A DNA stretch of 64,000 bases from positions 4,316-68,315 of the forward strand of contig DATBDB010000169.1 in assembly GCA_036270155.1 (NCBI GenBank), in the 5' to 3' direction. A program made the translations under genes and the position numbers. This document shows, piece by piece, positions 48,278-58,108 of the stretch; positions within the stretch are counted from its first letter, which is position 1; every line of letters starts with the position of its first letter. The stretch is from Gaiellaceae bacterium (GTDB lineage Bacteria; Actinomycetota; Thermoleophilia; Gaiellales; Gaiellaceae). The notes beneath the pieces were generated by a model. The model saw only the letters and a list, made by a program, of their open reading frames with translations. It was not told the origin of the DNA and did no database searches.

Positions 48278-48907
48278 ATGATGGATCGGGGCTGCGGTCG
48301 CAGCCTCGACGTCGTCGCGCGTGACGCCGGGCGCGAGCTCCACGAGCTCGAGCCCGCCGTCCGTCACGTCGAGGACGCAGAGGTCGGTGACGACACGATC
48401 GACGACACCGACACCGGTCAGCGGCAGTGTGCACTCCGGCAGGATCTTCGGCTGACCCTTGGCCGTGTGCTCCATCAGCACGACGACGCGCCGACTGCCC
48501 GCGACCAGATCGATCGCACCGCCCATTCCCTTGACCATCTTGCCCGGGATCATCCAATTGGCGAGGTCGCCGCGGGCGGAAACCTGCATGCCGCCGAGGA
48601 TCGCGAGATCGACGTGGCCGCCGCGGATCATGGCGAAGCTTTCGGCGCTGCAGAAGGTGCTTGCTCCGGGGACGGTGGTGATCGTCTGCTTGCCGGCGTT
48701 GATCAGGTCGGGGTCGACCTCGTCCTCGCGTGGAAATGGGCCGATCCCCAGCAGGCCGTTCTCGCTTTGTAGCCAGACGTCGACCCCCTCGGGGATGTAG
48801 CTGGCGACGAGAGTGGGGAGGCCGATACCGAGATTGACGTAGAAGCCGTCGCTCAACTCCTGCGCGGCGCGCTCCGCCATCTGGTCGCGGGTCCAGGCCA
48901 CGGTCAC
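48272..48907 (-). CDS. scoB: 3-oxoacid CoA-transferase subunit B
   Basis: [13 protein letters not shown] (catalytic Glu context) and [13 protein letters not shown] overlap with scoA. Confidence 0.9.
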   Translation of the reverse strand: MTVAWTRDQMAERAAQELSDGFYVNLGIGLPTLVASYIPEGVDVWLQSENGLLGIGPFPREDEVDPDLINAGKQTITTVPGASTFCSAESFAMIRGGHVDLAILGGMQVSARGDLANWMIPGKMVKGMGGAIDLVAGSRRVVVLMEHTAKGQPKILPECTLPLTGVGVVDRVVTDLCVLDVTDGGLELVELAPGVTRDDVEAATAAPIHHL

Positions 48908-49599
48908 TCCCTCACGGTGCGCTGCTCGACCCGCTTCTCGGGAGTCGGGTTCAGGACGATCCGGTCGACGTAGATGCCCGGCGTGTGGATCTGGTCGGGG
49001 TCGAGCTCGCCGGTGTCGACCAGGTGCTCGACCTCCGCAACGCACACACGGCCCGCGGCGGCGCACACGGGGTTGAAGTTCCGCGCCGTCCGCCGGTACA
49101 CCAGGTTGCCCGAGCGATCGCCCTTCCAGGCCTGCACGAGGGACACGTCGGCGACGAGGGCCTCCTCCAGGATGTGCCAGCGGCCGTCGAACTCCCGCGC
49201 CTCCTTTCCCTCTGCGACGACCGTGCCGTAGCCGGTCGCCGTGAAGAAGGCCGGGATGCCCGCACCCCCTGCGCGCAGCTTCTCGGCGAGGCTGCCCTGC
49301 GGCGTCAGCTGGACCTCGAGCTCGCCGGCGAGATACTGCCGCTCGAACTCCTTGTTCTCGCCGACGTAGGACGAGATCATCCGGGAGAGCTGACGCGTCT
49401 CGAGTAGGAGCCCCAGGCCGAATCCGTCGACGCCGGCGTTGTTGCTGATCACGGTGAGGTCGCGCCGGCCGGTGTCGCGGAGCGCTCTGATCAGCGCCTC
49501 CGGGATACCGCACAAGCCGAAGCCGCCGACGGCGAGCGTACTCCCGTCGTCGACCAGGTCCGCGACCGCGGCGTCAGCGCTCGGATAGAGCTTGTTCAT
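48904..49599 (-). CDS. scoA: 3-oxoacid CoA-transferase subunit A
   Basis: [17 protein letters not shown] and [20 protein letters not shown]. Confidence 0.9.
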   Translation of the reverse strand: MNKLYPSADAAVADLVDDGSTLAVGGFGLCGIPEALIRALRDTGRRDLTVISNNAGVDGFGLGLLLETRQLSRMISSYVGENKEFERQYLAGELEVQLTPQGSLAEKLRAGGAGIPAFFTATGYGTVVAEGKEAREFDGRWHILEEALVADVSLVQAWKGDRSGNLVYRRTARNFNPVCAAAGRVCVAEVEHLVDTGELDPDQIHTPGIYVDRIVLNPTPEKRVEQRTVRE

Positions 49600-49798
49600 C
49601 GCGGACGGGCGTCCCGCTGGAGCGTGGACATTCGGCCAGCGTAGGCACGGAAACGTGGAAAGGAAGCTGTCCCAGAGAGCAGGTCCGCCTGCCCCGCGTA
49701 CCGCACTGGACGTAAAGCGCTACGTCGCGTGCCTCAACCGAAAGAGTCACCGGCCGACCGACGACGGCGCCCCCGCCGCAGCGGATCATGTGTGCTCC

Positions 49799-51181
49799 AT
49801 GAGCGTAGACTTTGCTTCCCTCGATCTTGTCCCCCAGCCCTCGGCCCAGGCCGCCGCGCAGCGCCACCCGGCCGGCGAAGAGCTCGACGCCGGCGCGCTC
49901 GCCGCTCTCGTGTGCGCGCCTCGCTCGGAGCTCGCCGACCGGGCACAGGCTGCGCTACGGCCCCTCGTTCCACACGATGCTCTGGTGCTGGTAACGCCAG
50001 GATCGTCGACATCGCCGGTTCAGGTCGCCGCTCCGCCCAACTTGAGCGAGCGGCTCGCCGAAGCCGAGTGGTGGAAGCTCTGCGGGAACGCGCAGCCGGC
50101 GCACGGCGACGTGTATCCGCTCGACCTGCCCGACGTCGTTGGTGGACTTCGCATCAGCGGCTGGGTGGCGAACGTCGAAGGTTGCGACGTGGCGCTGATC
50201 GTCGGCGCCACCGCTCCGTTGACGGTCGGTCCGCGCCAGGAGCGCGCCGCGACACAAGTCGCGCTGCTTGCCGCGGCCCGTCTTCGCGGACTCGAGGTCG
50301 ACCCGGCTCCGGGAACGCTCGGATTCGTGCGCGCGGTGAGCGCGGAGCGTGAGCGGATCCGCGTCGACCTTTCCAGCCGCCACAGTGCGACCCTGTCGTC
50401 GTTGTTGCACACGTTGCGGGCCGCGACCGCGGCCTCAGGCCTCCGCAACGCGCCGGCCGGTGTTGCTCAGGCGATCGACCTCGCCTCCGAGGCATTGATG
50501 GAGCTGCGCGCGTCGGCGGAACATGAGCTCGCGGCTACGCAGGTCGCGCTCCAGACCGTCTTTGCCGAAGTGGCGGTGGAGACTGGAGGGTTCGCTCAGT
50601 CGGCAGGGCTTCGGCTCGTGACCGGGCTGGACGATCCGGAAGACGCACGCGTAGACAGTTCGATCGCACAGGCAGGCCGGCTCGTCACCCGCACGGCCGT
50701 GCTCAACGCGATCCGCCGCGGCGAGGCCACGAAGCTCCGGGTGCATTGGCGGCTCACGTCGGACGCGCTGACGGTGACGATCGCAGACGACGGCGCGGCG
50801 GCCGATGGAGGGGCCGATCTCGCGACGGAGGCTGCCGACATCCAGCGGATCGTCGCGCCCCTCCGTGGGATTTCGGCTGTCGACTCCGCCATGCACTGGG
50901 GAACGACCCTGACCTGCGAGCTGCCTCGGCACGAGGCCGCGGCGCCGCCCGACACACCTGCTGTGAGACGCCTGATCGGGCTCGGCGAGCGCGAGCGTGA
51001 GGTGCTCGAACTGGTGGTCGCGGGCCTCAGGAACCGCGAGATCGCCGAACGGCTCTTCATCGCCGACCGGACAGTGAAGTTCCACGTCTCGAACATCCTT
51101 CAGAAGCTCGAGGTACGGTCGCGCACCGAGGCGATCGCCCTCGCTCACGCTGCGGGCATCACCGCCTCCACCGCTGCCTGA
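49799..51181 (+). CDS. one-component regulator: unknown N-terminal domain + degenerate HisKA_3/HATPase-like region + LuxR HTH
   Basis: ERERIRVDLSSRHSATLSSL sits where ERxRIARELHDxxxQxL is expected. NAIRRGEA replaces the N-box and DDGAAADGG replaces DxGxG. C-terminal GEREREVLELVVAGLRNREIAERLFIADRTVKFHVSNILQKL. Confidence 0.7.
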   Translation: MSVDFASLDLVPQPSAQAAAQRHPAGEELDAGALAALVCAPRSELADRAQAALRPLVPHDALVLVTPGSSTSPVQVAAPPNLSERLAEAEWWKLCGNAQPAHGDVYPLDLPDVVGGLRISGWVANVEGCDVALIVGATAPLTVGPRQERAATQVALLAAARLRGLEVDPAPGTLGFVRAVSAERERIRVDLSSRHSATLSSLLHTLRAATAASGLRNAPAGVAQAIDLASEALMELRASAEHELAATQVALQTVFAEVAVETGGFAQSAGLRLVTGLDDPEDARVDSSIAQAGRLVTRTAVLNAIRRGEATKLRVHWRLTSDALTVTIADDGAAADGGADLATEAADIQRIVAPLRGISAVDSAMHWGTTLTCELPRHEAAAPPDTPAVRRLIGLGEREREVLELVVAGLRNREIAERLFIADRTVKFHVSNILQKLEVRSRTEAIALAHAAGITASTAA

Positions 51182-51341
51182 TCCCCGAACGTGTGCCCAA
51201 CGGGGCGGCTCATCCTGGTCCACGGGCCAGCCGACCACGAGGGCCGGAAGCTGCAGGCTAGGCCATTCATGTTGTCGCCCAGGTCGGGGACCGGCGGTGG
51301 GCGGCGCGTCCTAGCGTAATTCGACCGGAGGTTTCGATCAG

Positions 51342-52193
51342 ATGAGCTCTCTACTGAGGCGGCGGATAACGCTGCTGTTCACGGCCGTGATGTTGGCCAG
51401 CTCAGGAGTCGCCGCCGCGACGATCTCGTCCGCGGCAGCGGAGGGCAACGGGCCGACGACGACGTCAACAGCGTCCACCACACCGCCGCAGCCGACGACT
51501 GGAGCGACGACGTCGACGGATCCGTCGACCACGGCGACCACGCCGACGACGTCTGGGAGGACCAGGACGACGGGAACGACGACTTCGAGCGATCCAACGA
51601 CGACCTCCGACGATCCGACGACGACCTCCGATGATCCGACGACGACCTCCGACGATTCGACGACCACCTCCATCGATCCGGCGGTCACCTCCACCGATCC
51701 GACCCGGGCCGGTCTGCCGAAGTTCGTTCCGCCGGTGCTGCCGGGTGGCTTCGCTCAGGCGGTCACGACGGTGACGACGGTCGTCGTCGGGGCTCCGATC
51801 ACGGTGGCGGGCACGATCTCGACCACGCCGGTGACCAACAACACCACCAACACCACGATCATCAACAACCCTCCACCCACGGTTGCGACTCCCGATGTTT
51901 GCGTCAACCTGGCGGGCAGCCAGCCGTCCGTACCGGTGGGCCATGTGCTCACGCTCGCCAAGAACGGCGCGCTCGTCTGCGTGACGCCGGCGATCGCACG
52001 CGTTCTCCATCCGGCCGCCGTTGCCTACGAGGTGCCGGCAGGCAACCGGATCGTCTTTCCGAAGCGTGGCGGGGGCGTCTGCGTCGGTCGCGCCCGGCCG
52101 AACGCGAAGCCGGTGATCGTGCCCGCGGACACGAGCGCCAAGAAGGTCATTGCCCTCGCCAAGACCGGAAAGCTCGTCTGCCTAGGCCCGTGA
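51342..52193 (+). CDS. secreted Thr-rich protein with DPTTTSD repeats and a Cys-containing C-terminal region
   Basis: Signal peptide LLFTAVMLASSGVAAATISSAAA. The stop overlaps the lipase GTG. Confidence 0.6.
   Translation: MSSLLRRRITLLFTAVMLASSGVAAATISSAAAEGNGPTTTSTASTTPPQPTTGATTSTDPSTTATTPTTSGRTRTTGTTTSSDPTTTSDDPTTTSDDPTTTSDDSTTTSIDPAVTSTDPTRAGLPKFVPPVLPGGFAQAVTTVTTVVVGAPITVAGTISTTPVTNNTTNTTIINNPPPTVATPDVCVNLAGSQPSVPVGHVLTLAKNGALVCVTPAIARVLHPAAVAYEVPAGNRIVFPKRGGGVCVGRARPNAKPVIVPADTSAKKVIALAKTGKLVCLGP
51591..51674 (+). repeat. 21-bp tandem repeat x4 (encodes DPTTTSD)
   Basis: GATCC(A/G)ACGACGACCTCCGA(C/T) occurs three times, plus one diverged unit. Confidence 0.9.
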
Positions 52194-53074
52194 GTCGTTG
52201 GGTGGTGGGGGCAGTTGCGGCGGCGGTCCTGTTCGCCGCCGCCGCCTTCGTGCTCGCCCTGGTGATCTTGCTGCACCCGCGGAGCTCCGGCGGCGCAGCC
52301 CCCGCCGGGAGCGCCTCCCCTGCCGGGAGCGCACCCGCCGCCGAGAACGCCGCTGCCCCCAAGAGTGCCGCTGCCGCCAAGCGGGGTGGCTCAGGCTCGT
52401 GCAGGCCGAGCGCGCGCCATCCGTATCCGGTGCTGCTCGTGCCTGGCACGATCGTGGTGACGAAGTGGGACGTCCTTGCCCCCGCTCTCGTGAAGCGCGG
52501 CTACTGCGTCTACCGATTCGAGTACGGCAACGACGGCACCGCGGAGATCGGAGGATCGGCGCGGAAGCTCGCGAGCTTCATCACCGACGTCCTGGCCCGA
52601 ACGCATGCAACCAAGGTCTCGATCGTCGGCCACTCGCAGGGCGGGATGTTGCCGCGCTACTACATCAAGTTCCTCGACGGAGCTCAGAAGGTCGAAGACT
52701 TGATCGGCCTCTCGCCGTCGAACCACGGGACGATGAATCCCGCGATCGCGGCCACGGGCTCGCCCTGCGCCGCATGCGTCGAGCAGCTCTGGGGATCCGC
52801 ATTCCTCACGAAGCTGAACCGCGGCGACGAGACTCCAGGCCCGGTGGACTACACCGTCGTACAGTCACTCGACGATGCGATCCTTGTTCCGTACACCTCG
52901 GCCTTCCTTACCGGGCCGGCCATCCGCGTGACGAATGTCACAATCCAGACCGACTGTCCGGCCGACTACGTCTCCCATCTGTCGATCCCGTCCGACCCGG
53001 TCGCCCTGCAGTGGGTCGAGAACGCGCTGGCCCGCAAGGGCCCTGCGAATCCCGGCTTTACCCCCGTCTGCTGA
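52190..53074 (+). CDS. secreted or membrane-anchored class-2 lipase/esterase
   Basis: N-terminal TM segment and GHSQGG nucleophile elbow. PVLLVPG. Cys pairs. Confidence 0.8.
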   Translation: MSRWVVGAVAAAVLFAAAAFVLALVILLHPRSSGGAAPAGSASPAGSAPAAENAAAPKSAAAAKRGGSGSCRPSARHPYPVLLVPGTIVVTKWDVLAPALVKRGYCVYRFEYGNDGTAEIGGSARKLASFITDVLARTHATKVSIVGHSQGGMLPRYYIKFLDGAQKVEDLIGLSPSNHGTMNPAIAATGSPCAACVEQLWGSAFLTKLNRGDETPGPVDYTVVQSLDDAILVPYTSAFLTGPAIRVTNVTIQTDCPADYVSHLSIPSDPVALQWVENALARKGPANPGFTPVC

Positions 53075-53181
53075 GTCCCAGAGCGGCTCGGCGCCGGCTT
53101 GTGAACGTGCACCAGACGGTGTTTCGAACTTCTCGGTGTTTCGGGATGGACGCTACCGGTACCTCCGCCTAGCGTGGAGAC

Positions 53182-54429
53182 ATGAGCAGATACGCACGAA
53201 ACTCCGCGGCCGTGTGCGCAGTTCTCGCACTATCGGCCTTCGTCGCAGGCGTCGCGCGCGCCGCCTCGGCGACCCCAACGCGAACCGTCCCGACCGGATC
53301 GGGACTGACCCTGCCGTGGCCCTGGTCGTTACTCCCGGGCTCCACGCTCCCGGGCTCGACGCTGCCCGGGCTTCCGGGCTCCACACTGCCCGGGCTGCCG
53401 GGCTCCACGCTCCCCGGCTCGACGCTGCCGGGACTGCCGGGCTCGACGCTGCCGGGATCGGGATCGACACTGCCCGGCTCGACGGCGCCCGCACCACCGC
53501 CCGGAGGTACCTCCGGCTCGGCTTCCTCTGGCGCGGCCGGAACCCTCTCCAACGACAGCTACACAAACGCCGCCGGCACACGGCAGTTCCAGCTCTACGT
53601 GCCGTCCACCTACAAGGCCGGAACCGCGGTGCCACTGATCGTCGCTCTGCACGGTTGCACCGAATCGGCCGACGTCTTCAGACAGCTCTCGGCGCTCGAC
53701 ACGATCGCAGAGTCGAAGGGCTTCATCGTTGTCTATCCCACACAACCGTCGAGCGCGAATCAGCAAAGCTGCTGGAACTGGTTCACGCAGGCGAACATGC
53801 AGCGCGGCGCCGGTGAGGCTTCGATCATCGCCGGCATCACGCAGCAGGTCCAGCAGCAGTACTCGATCGACAAGAAGCGCACGTATGTCCTCGGCTTCTC
53901 CGCAGGCGGCGCGATGGCGAACGTCATGGGCGCGAGCTACCCGGACCTCTACGCCGCAGTCGGCAGCGGCTCGGGCTGCGAGTACAACGGCCTCCCGTGC
54001 GTCGGCTCTCCGGGGCCTGACCCCACGGCTGCAGGCCAGGCCGCGTACAAGGCGATGGGCGCCCAGGCGCGGGCGGTGCCGGTCATCGTCTTCCAGGGGG
54101 ACGCGGACACCACTGTCGTTCCGGCGAACGGTGACCGCATCGTGCGCGAGTGGCAAGTGACAGACGACCTGGCCGATGACGGCTCGGGCAACGGCTCGAT
54201 CCCCGTCGCGGCGACCTCGACGGCCAACAAGCAGGTGTCCGGTGGACGCTCGTACACCGTCACCAGCTACGGCAACGGCCACGGGGGCGAGTTGATCCAG
54301 TACTGGGTCATCCACGGAATGAACCACGCGTGGTCGGGTGGCTGCGGTTGCGAGCCCTACTCCGACCCCTCAGGCCCGAGCGAGAGCCAGGCGATGGTCG
54401 ACTTCTTCCTGCAGCACACACTGCCGTAG
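53182..54429 (+). CDS. extracellular PHB-depolymerase-family esterase (LpqC/COG3509 type) with an N-terminal PGSTL repeat region
   Basis: Signal peptide. PLIVALHGC, GFIVVYPTQ, CWNWF, GFSAGGAMA and YPDLYAAV. Confidence 0.8.
   Translation: MSRYARNSAAVCAVLALSAFVAGVARAASATPTRTVPTGSGLTLPWPWSLLPGSTLPGSTLPGLPGSTLPGLPGSTLPGSTLPGLPGSTLPGSGSTLPGSTAPAPPPGGTSGSASSGAAGTLSNDSYTNAAGTRQFQLYVPSTYKAGTAVPLIVALHGCTESADVFRQLSALDTIAESKGFIVVYPTQPSSANQQSCWNWFTQANMQRGAGEASIIAGITQQVQQQYSIDKKRTYVLGFSAGGAMANVMGASYPDLYAAVGSGSGCEYNGLPCVGSPGPDPTAAGQAAYKAMGAQARAVPVIVFQGDADTTVVPANGDRIVREWQVTDDLADDGSGNGSIPVAATSTANKQVSGGRSYTVTSYGNGHGGELIQYWVIHGMNHAWSGGCGCEPYSDPSGPSESQAMVDFFLQHTLP
53332..53486 (+). repeat. imperfect 15/18-bp tandem repeats encoding (L)PGSTL x ~9
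   Basis: CTCCCGGGCTCCACG / CTGCCCGGGCTTCCGGGCTCCACA and similar units, read directly. Confidence 0.85.
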
Positions 54430-54451
54430 CGAAGAGGCCCTGTGAACATCC

Positions 54452-54490
54452 GGCGGCGCCCGCGGACTGCGGGCGCCGCCGCGTTTTCAG
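54452..54490. terminator. bidirectional rho-independent-type terminator between convergent genes
   Basis: GGCGGCGCCCGC ggact GCGGGCGCCGCC (12-bp perfect stem) followed by GCGTTTTC. Confidence 0.6.
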
Positions 54491-54501
54491 GCAGCGGTTT
54501 T

Positions 54502-55389
54502 TCAGGCGGCGGCTTCGAGCAGCTCGCCCCGGTGAGCGATCAGCACGTCGCGAAGCGGGCGCGGCTCCCTTCCGGTGAGCCGTTCGACGTCGGAGTCGAC
54601 CACGTCGTAGTACCCCTCGCGAATCGCTTTGCCGAACTCCACGATCTCGCGGGCGATCGGCTTGGGGAATCCCGACTTCGTGAGTCCCCAGCCGAGGATC
54701 CGGTCGGTCACGTTATGCACCTTCACGGCACGTCCGCTGACCTCCGAGAGGAGCGCCGCGAGGTCTTGCTGCGAGAGCCGATCCGGGCCGGTGATGTCGT
54801 AGGTCTTGCCCTCGTGCCCGTCGCCCGTCAGTACGGCCGCCGCGGCTGCGGCGCAGTCGCGACGCGAGACCGGGGCCACGAGACCGTTCCCTGCGTTCGT
54901 GTACATCTTGCCGTGGGCAACCGCGAGCGACCCGGGCGGAACCTGAACCTCTGAGTAGCTTCCGTAGCGCAAGATCGTCCACGCAGGTCCGCTCGACCGG
55001 AGCACCTCCTCGGTCGCCCGGCTCTCGTCCGACACGACCCGCTGCGGGTTTCCCTTGGCTGGGTTGGAGATCGACGTGTAGACGACGTGCTGCGCGCCGG
55101 CCCCCGCCGCGGCTTCGATCGCTGCGCGATGCTGGTCGACGCGCCGGCCAAGGTTGTTCAGGCCGCTGCTGATCACGAGCACCCGCGTAGCGCCGGCGAA
55201 CGCTTCGACAAGCGAGGCGGGATCGTCGAAGTCGCCATGGCGAACGGCGAGACCGCGGTCGGCAAGATCACGCAGGCTCTCCGGCCGATGGCTGACGAGC
55301 ACTACCTCTCCGGGCGACACGAGCTCGAGCAGTTCGTGTGCGACAAGCCGGCCGAGCTGCCCGGATGCTCCAGTGACGACGATGCCCAC
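54502..55389 (-). CDS. NmrA-like / atypical SDR NAD(P)H-binding protein
   Basis: IVVTGASGQLG Rossmann motif. No catalytic YxxxK is evident. Confidence 0.8.
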   Translation of the reverse strand: MGIVVTGASGQLGRLVAHELLELVSPGEVVLVSHRPESLRDLADRGLAVRHGDFDDPASLVEAFAGATRVLVISSGLNNLGRRVDQHRAAIEAAAGAGAQHVVYTSISNPAKGNPQRVVSDESRATEEVLRSSGPAWTILRYGSYSEVQVPPGSLAVAHGKMYTNAGNGLVAPVSRRDCAAAAAAVLTGDGHEGKTYDITGPDRLSQQDLAALLSEVSGRAVKVHNVTDRILGWGLTKSGFPKPIAREIVEFGKAIREGYYDVVDSDVERLTGREPRPLRDVLIAHRGELLEAAA

Positions 55390-55636
55390 GGCGTTCTCCG
55401 TTCTCCTTGATTACGCGGTGCAGCACAACGCTACGGCGGTCCGGCCCGCAGGCGCCACTGACCTTCGTGACGGGAGGAGCTGCCCGCCGCAGCCGTCCGT
55501 GTGTGCTTCGAGCGGCGTATGCCTCGTCGTCTCGCGTGGTAAGCGAAAGAGCATCTCAACAGCCGATGACGCAGAACCGCGCCACGGCGAGGATCCACAG
55601 GAGAGGTTCCGCACGTTCGGATTCGGAGGTCGAGAC

Positions 55637-55909
55637 ATGAGCTTCAACCTGATGGACATGAACGAGGCCCAGCAGCAGTTCCTGGATTTCCTCGACACGA
55701 TGAAGAACGCCCAGCAGACGTTCGCCGACGCGGTGGAGTCCTGGGGCGGAGCCTTCGACGTCGGCCAGTCTGCGTCGAGCTGGTCGCTCGAACCGCTTCC
55801 ACCGAGAGAGCTCGTCGAGACGACGTTCGACCTGGTCGAGCGCCTGCTTGCTGCGCAGAAGCAGTTGGCCATCGCACTCGTCGACGCGACAGGGGCCGAG
55901 GCGACGTAG
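55637..55909 (+). CDS. phasin-like small helical protein
   Basis: GGAGG RBS and ATG at 55637. Helical, acidic/Gln-rich sequence (QQQFLDFLDTMKNAQQTFADAVE). Confidence 0.5.
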   Translation: MSFNLMDMNEAQQQFLDFLDTMKNAQQTFADAVESWGGAFDVGQSASSWSLEPLPPRELVETTFDLVERLLAAQKQLAIALVDATGAEAT

Positions 55910-55939
55910 GCCTACGGCCGCCGGCGACCCAATTCTCTG

Positions 55940-56080
55940 ATGAACCCCGCCTTCGTCATGGCCTTCCTCCTGGCCAGCGTCGTTCTTTGGTCGCTCTACG
56001 AGCACGAGGGCGTGTGTCCGCGCTGCTTGGGTCGCGGCGGTCACCGGGCGGACTGCCCGCGTGGCGGGGACGATCACTGA
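55940..56080 (+). CDS. possible 46-aa membrane miniprotein with a CxxC-x9-C tail (below the ORF-track cutoff)
   Basis: MNPAFVMAFLLASVVLWSLYEHEGVCPRCLGRGGHRADCPRGGDDH. Strongly GC3-biased. No obvious RBS. Confidence 0.35.
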   Translation: MNPAFVMAFLLASVVLWSLYEHEGVCPRCLGRGGHRADCPRGGDDH

Positions 56081-56249
56081 GCTCGCCCGGCGCCGGCGCC
56101 GCCCGCGGCAGCCGAGCTCGAATAGCTGCACCGGACAGGTAAGACAGTCCCGTCGACCACCTCGACGGCCTCACGGCAGAGCAACCATCTCCTTGCGAGC
56201 GCTCGCGCGCTTGCCCATTCGTCAATCCCACACGGAAGGAGGCGGAAGC

Positions 56250-57776
56250 GTGGACAGCATCCGTCCCGATACGAACGCCATCGCACCCTCCGGTGACGCC
56301 CTTGCGCCGCGGGTCAACGTCTCCCCTCAGCCGTCGCCGGCCTACAGCATCACCTTGCGCATGCGCGTCCCTCGGCAGCGCGGATCTCTTGCACGGGTCG
56401 CCGGCGTGATCAGGGACGCCGGCGCGATCGTCGGCGCGATCGATCTCGTTCGCGTCGAGAACGGCGAGGTCATACGCGACGTCACCTTTCAGTGCTCCGA
56501 CCCCGCACACGGGGAGGCCGTAAGCGCCCAGGTGCGGGCGCTTGCCGGGGTGGAGGTCGAGAACGTCTCGGACCGCACGTTCCTGTTGCACGTCGGCGGC
56601 AAGATCGAGATCCAGGGGCGGACGCGAGTCAAGACACGCGACGAACTTTCGATGGTTTACACCCCCGGGGTCGCTCGTGTCTGCACGGCGATCCACGAGG
56701 ACCCGGCGAAGGCTTGGGCGTTGACGATCAAGGCCAACACGGTTGCGATCGTCAGCGACGGCAGCGCCGTGCTCGGCCTTGGCAATATCGGCCCGGCTGC
56801 GGCAATGCCCGTCATGGAAGGCAAGGCGCTGCTCTTCAAGGAGTTCGCCGGTGTCGACGCGTTCCCGCTCTGCGTCGATTCGCAAGACGTCGACGAGATC
56901 GTCCGGTTTGTCCGGATGCTCGCGCCCACGGTCGGGGGCGTGAATCTCGAGGACATCTCCGCGCCACGGTGCTTCGAGATCGAGCAGCGGCTGCGCGAGG
57001 AGCTCGACATTCCCGTCTTCCACGACGACCAGCACGGGACTGCGATCGCCGTCGTGGCCGCGCTGGTCAATGCGCTGCGGGTGGTGGGGAAGCGCGCTGA
57101 GGACGCGCGCGTCGTCATCGTCGGCGCCGGCGCAGCCGGGGCCGCCACCGCGGAAATCCTCCTCGCCGAGGGTGTCGGCGAGCTGATCGTCACCGACATC
57201 GACGGCGTGCTCTACTCCGGCCGCCCGGGCCTCGACCCGGTGCGCGCGAGGATCGCCGAACGGACGAATCCCGAAGGCAGACGCGGGAGCGCCGACGACG
57301 TCATTCCAGGTGCCGACGTCGTCATCGGGCTGTCCGTGCCCGGCGCGTTCTCCGCCGCGGCGGTTCGCCGGATGGCACGGGACGCGATCGTCTTCGCAAT
57401 GGCAAATCCCGTCCCCGAGGTCTCGCCCGAGGAAGTCGGACTCGACGTTGCGATCATGGCGACCGGCCGCTCGGATTACCCGAACCAGATCAACAACGTG
57501 CTGGCGTTCCCCGGCGTCTTCCGCGGCGCACTCGCAGCGCGGGCGAGCACGATCAACGAGGAGATGAAGCTCGCCGCTGCGGAGGCGATCGCCGCCGTCG
57601 TCAGCGACGACGAGCTCTGCGCTGAGTACATCGTTCCCAGCGTCTTCAACCGCGACGTCGCAGAAGCCGTCGCCCGAGCGGTCGCAGACGCCGCCGCGGA
57701 AACAGGAGTTGCGCGCCGCGACCATCACAGCGACCACCACGTCCACCAGGTGTGGGCCGAGCGAACGGCGGCGTAG
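56250..57776 (+). CDS. NAD(P)-dependent malic enzyme with an N-terminal ACT-like domain
   Basis: GGAAGGAGG RBS and GTG at 56250. VYTPGVA, AIVSDGSAVLGLGNIG, FHDDQHGTA and GAGAAG. Confidence 0.9.
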   Translation: MDSIRPDTNAIAPSGDALAPRVNVSPQPSPAYSITLRMRVPRQRGSLARVAGVIRDAGAIVGAIDLVRVENGEVIRDVTFQCSDPAHGEAVSAQVRALAGVEVENVSDRTFLLHVGGKIEIQGRTRVKTRDELSMVYTPGVARVCTAIHEDPAKAWALTIKANTVAIVSDGSAVLGLGNIGPAAAMPVMEGKALLFKEFAGVDAFPLCVDSQDVDEIVRFVRMLAPTVGGVNLEDISAPRCFEIEQRLREELDIPVFHDDQHGTAIAVVAALVNALRVVGKRAEDARVVIVGAGAAGAATAEILLAEGVGELIVTDIDGVLYSGRPGLDPVRARIAERTNPEGRRGSADDVIPGADVVIGLSVPGAFSAAAVRRMARDAIVFAMANPVPEVSPEEVGLDVAIMATGRSDYPNQINNVLAFPGVFRGALAARASTINEEMKLAAAEAIAAVVSDDELCAEYIVPSVFNRDVAEAVARAVADAAAETGVARRDHHSDHHVHQVWAERTAA

Positions 57777-57856
57777 GGCGTGTGGACGGGATTCGTGGAG
57801 CCAGCGTTCCGGCTAGCGCGTAGTCCGAAACTCCGGCCGGTCGGGACGTGAGATAG

Positions 57857-58108
57857 GTGCTGACCGTGACGACGGCGAGGCGGCCGACCGCGATCCTGGA
57901 CCTCGTGAATGCGAACCCCCTCACTGCATGCTCGGTGTGCCTGCGCGTGCTGCGCGGTGAGGAGTGGGTCGAAGCCGAGCGCGCGATCCGGGACCTGCGC
58001 TCCTTCGCGTCCCCCGCACCCCCGAGGCTCGAATCCGCGCTGTGCGAGCACTGCGCGGAATCGATCCGCAGTCGGCGAAGCGAGCCGAGGGAGACGCTCG
58101 CGGCGTGA
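57857..58108 (+). CDS. small CxxC...CxxC protein translationally coupled to the MoxR ATPase
   Basis: ACSVCLRV...LCEHCAESI. High GC3. The stop overlaps the next gene's GTG (GTGA at 58105-58108). Confidence 0.5.
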   Translation: MLTVTTARRPTAILDLVNANPLTACSVCLRVLRGEEWVEAERAIRDLRSFASPAPPRLESALCEHCAESIRSRRSEPRETLAA

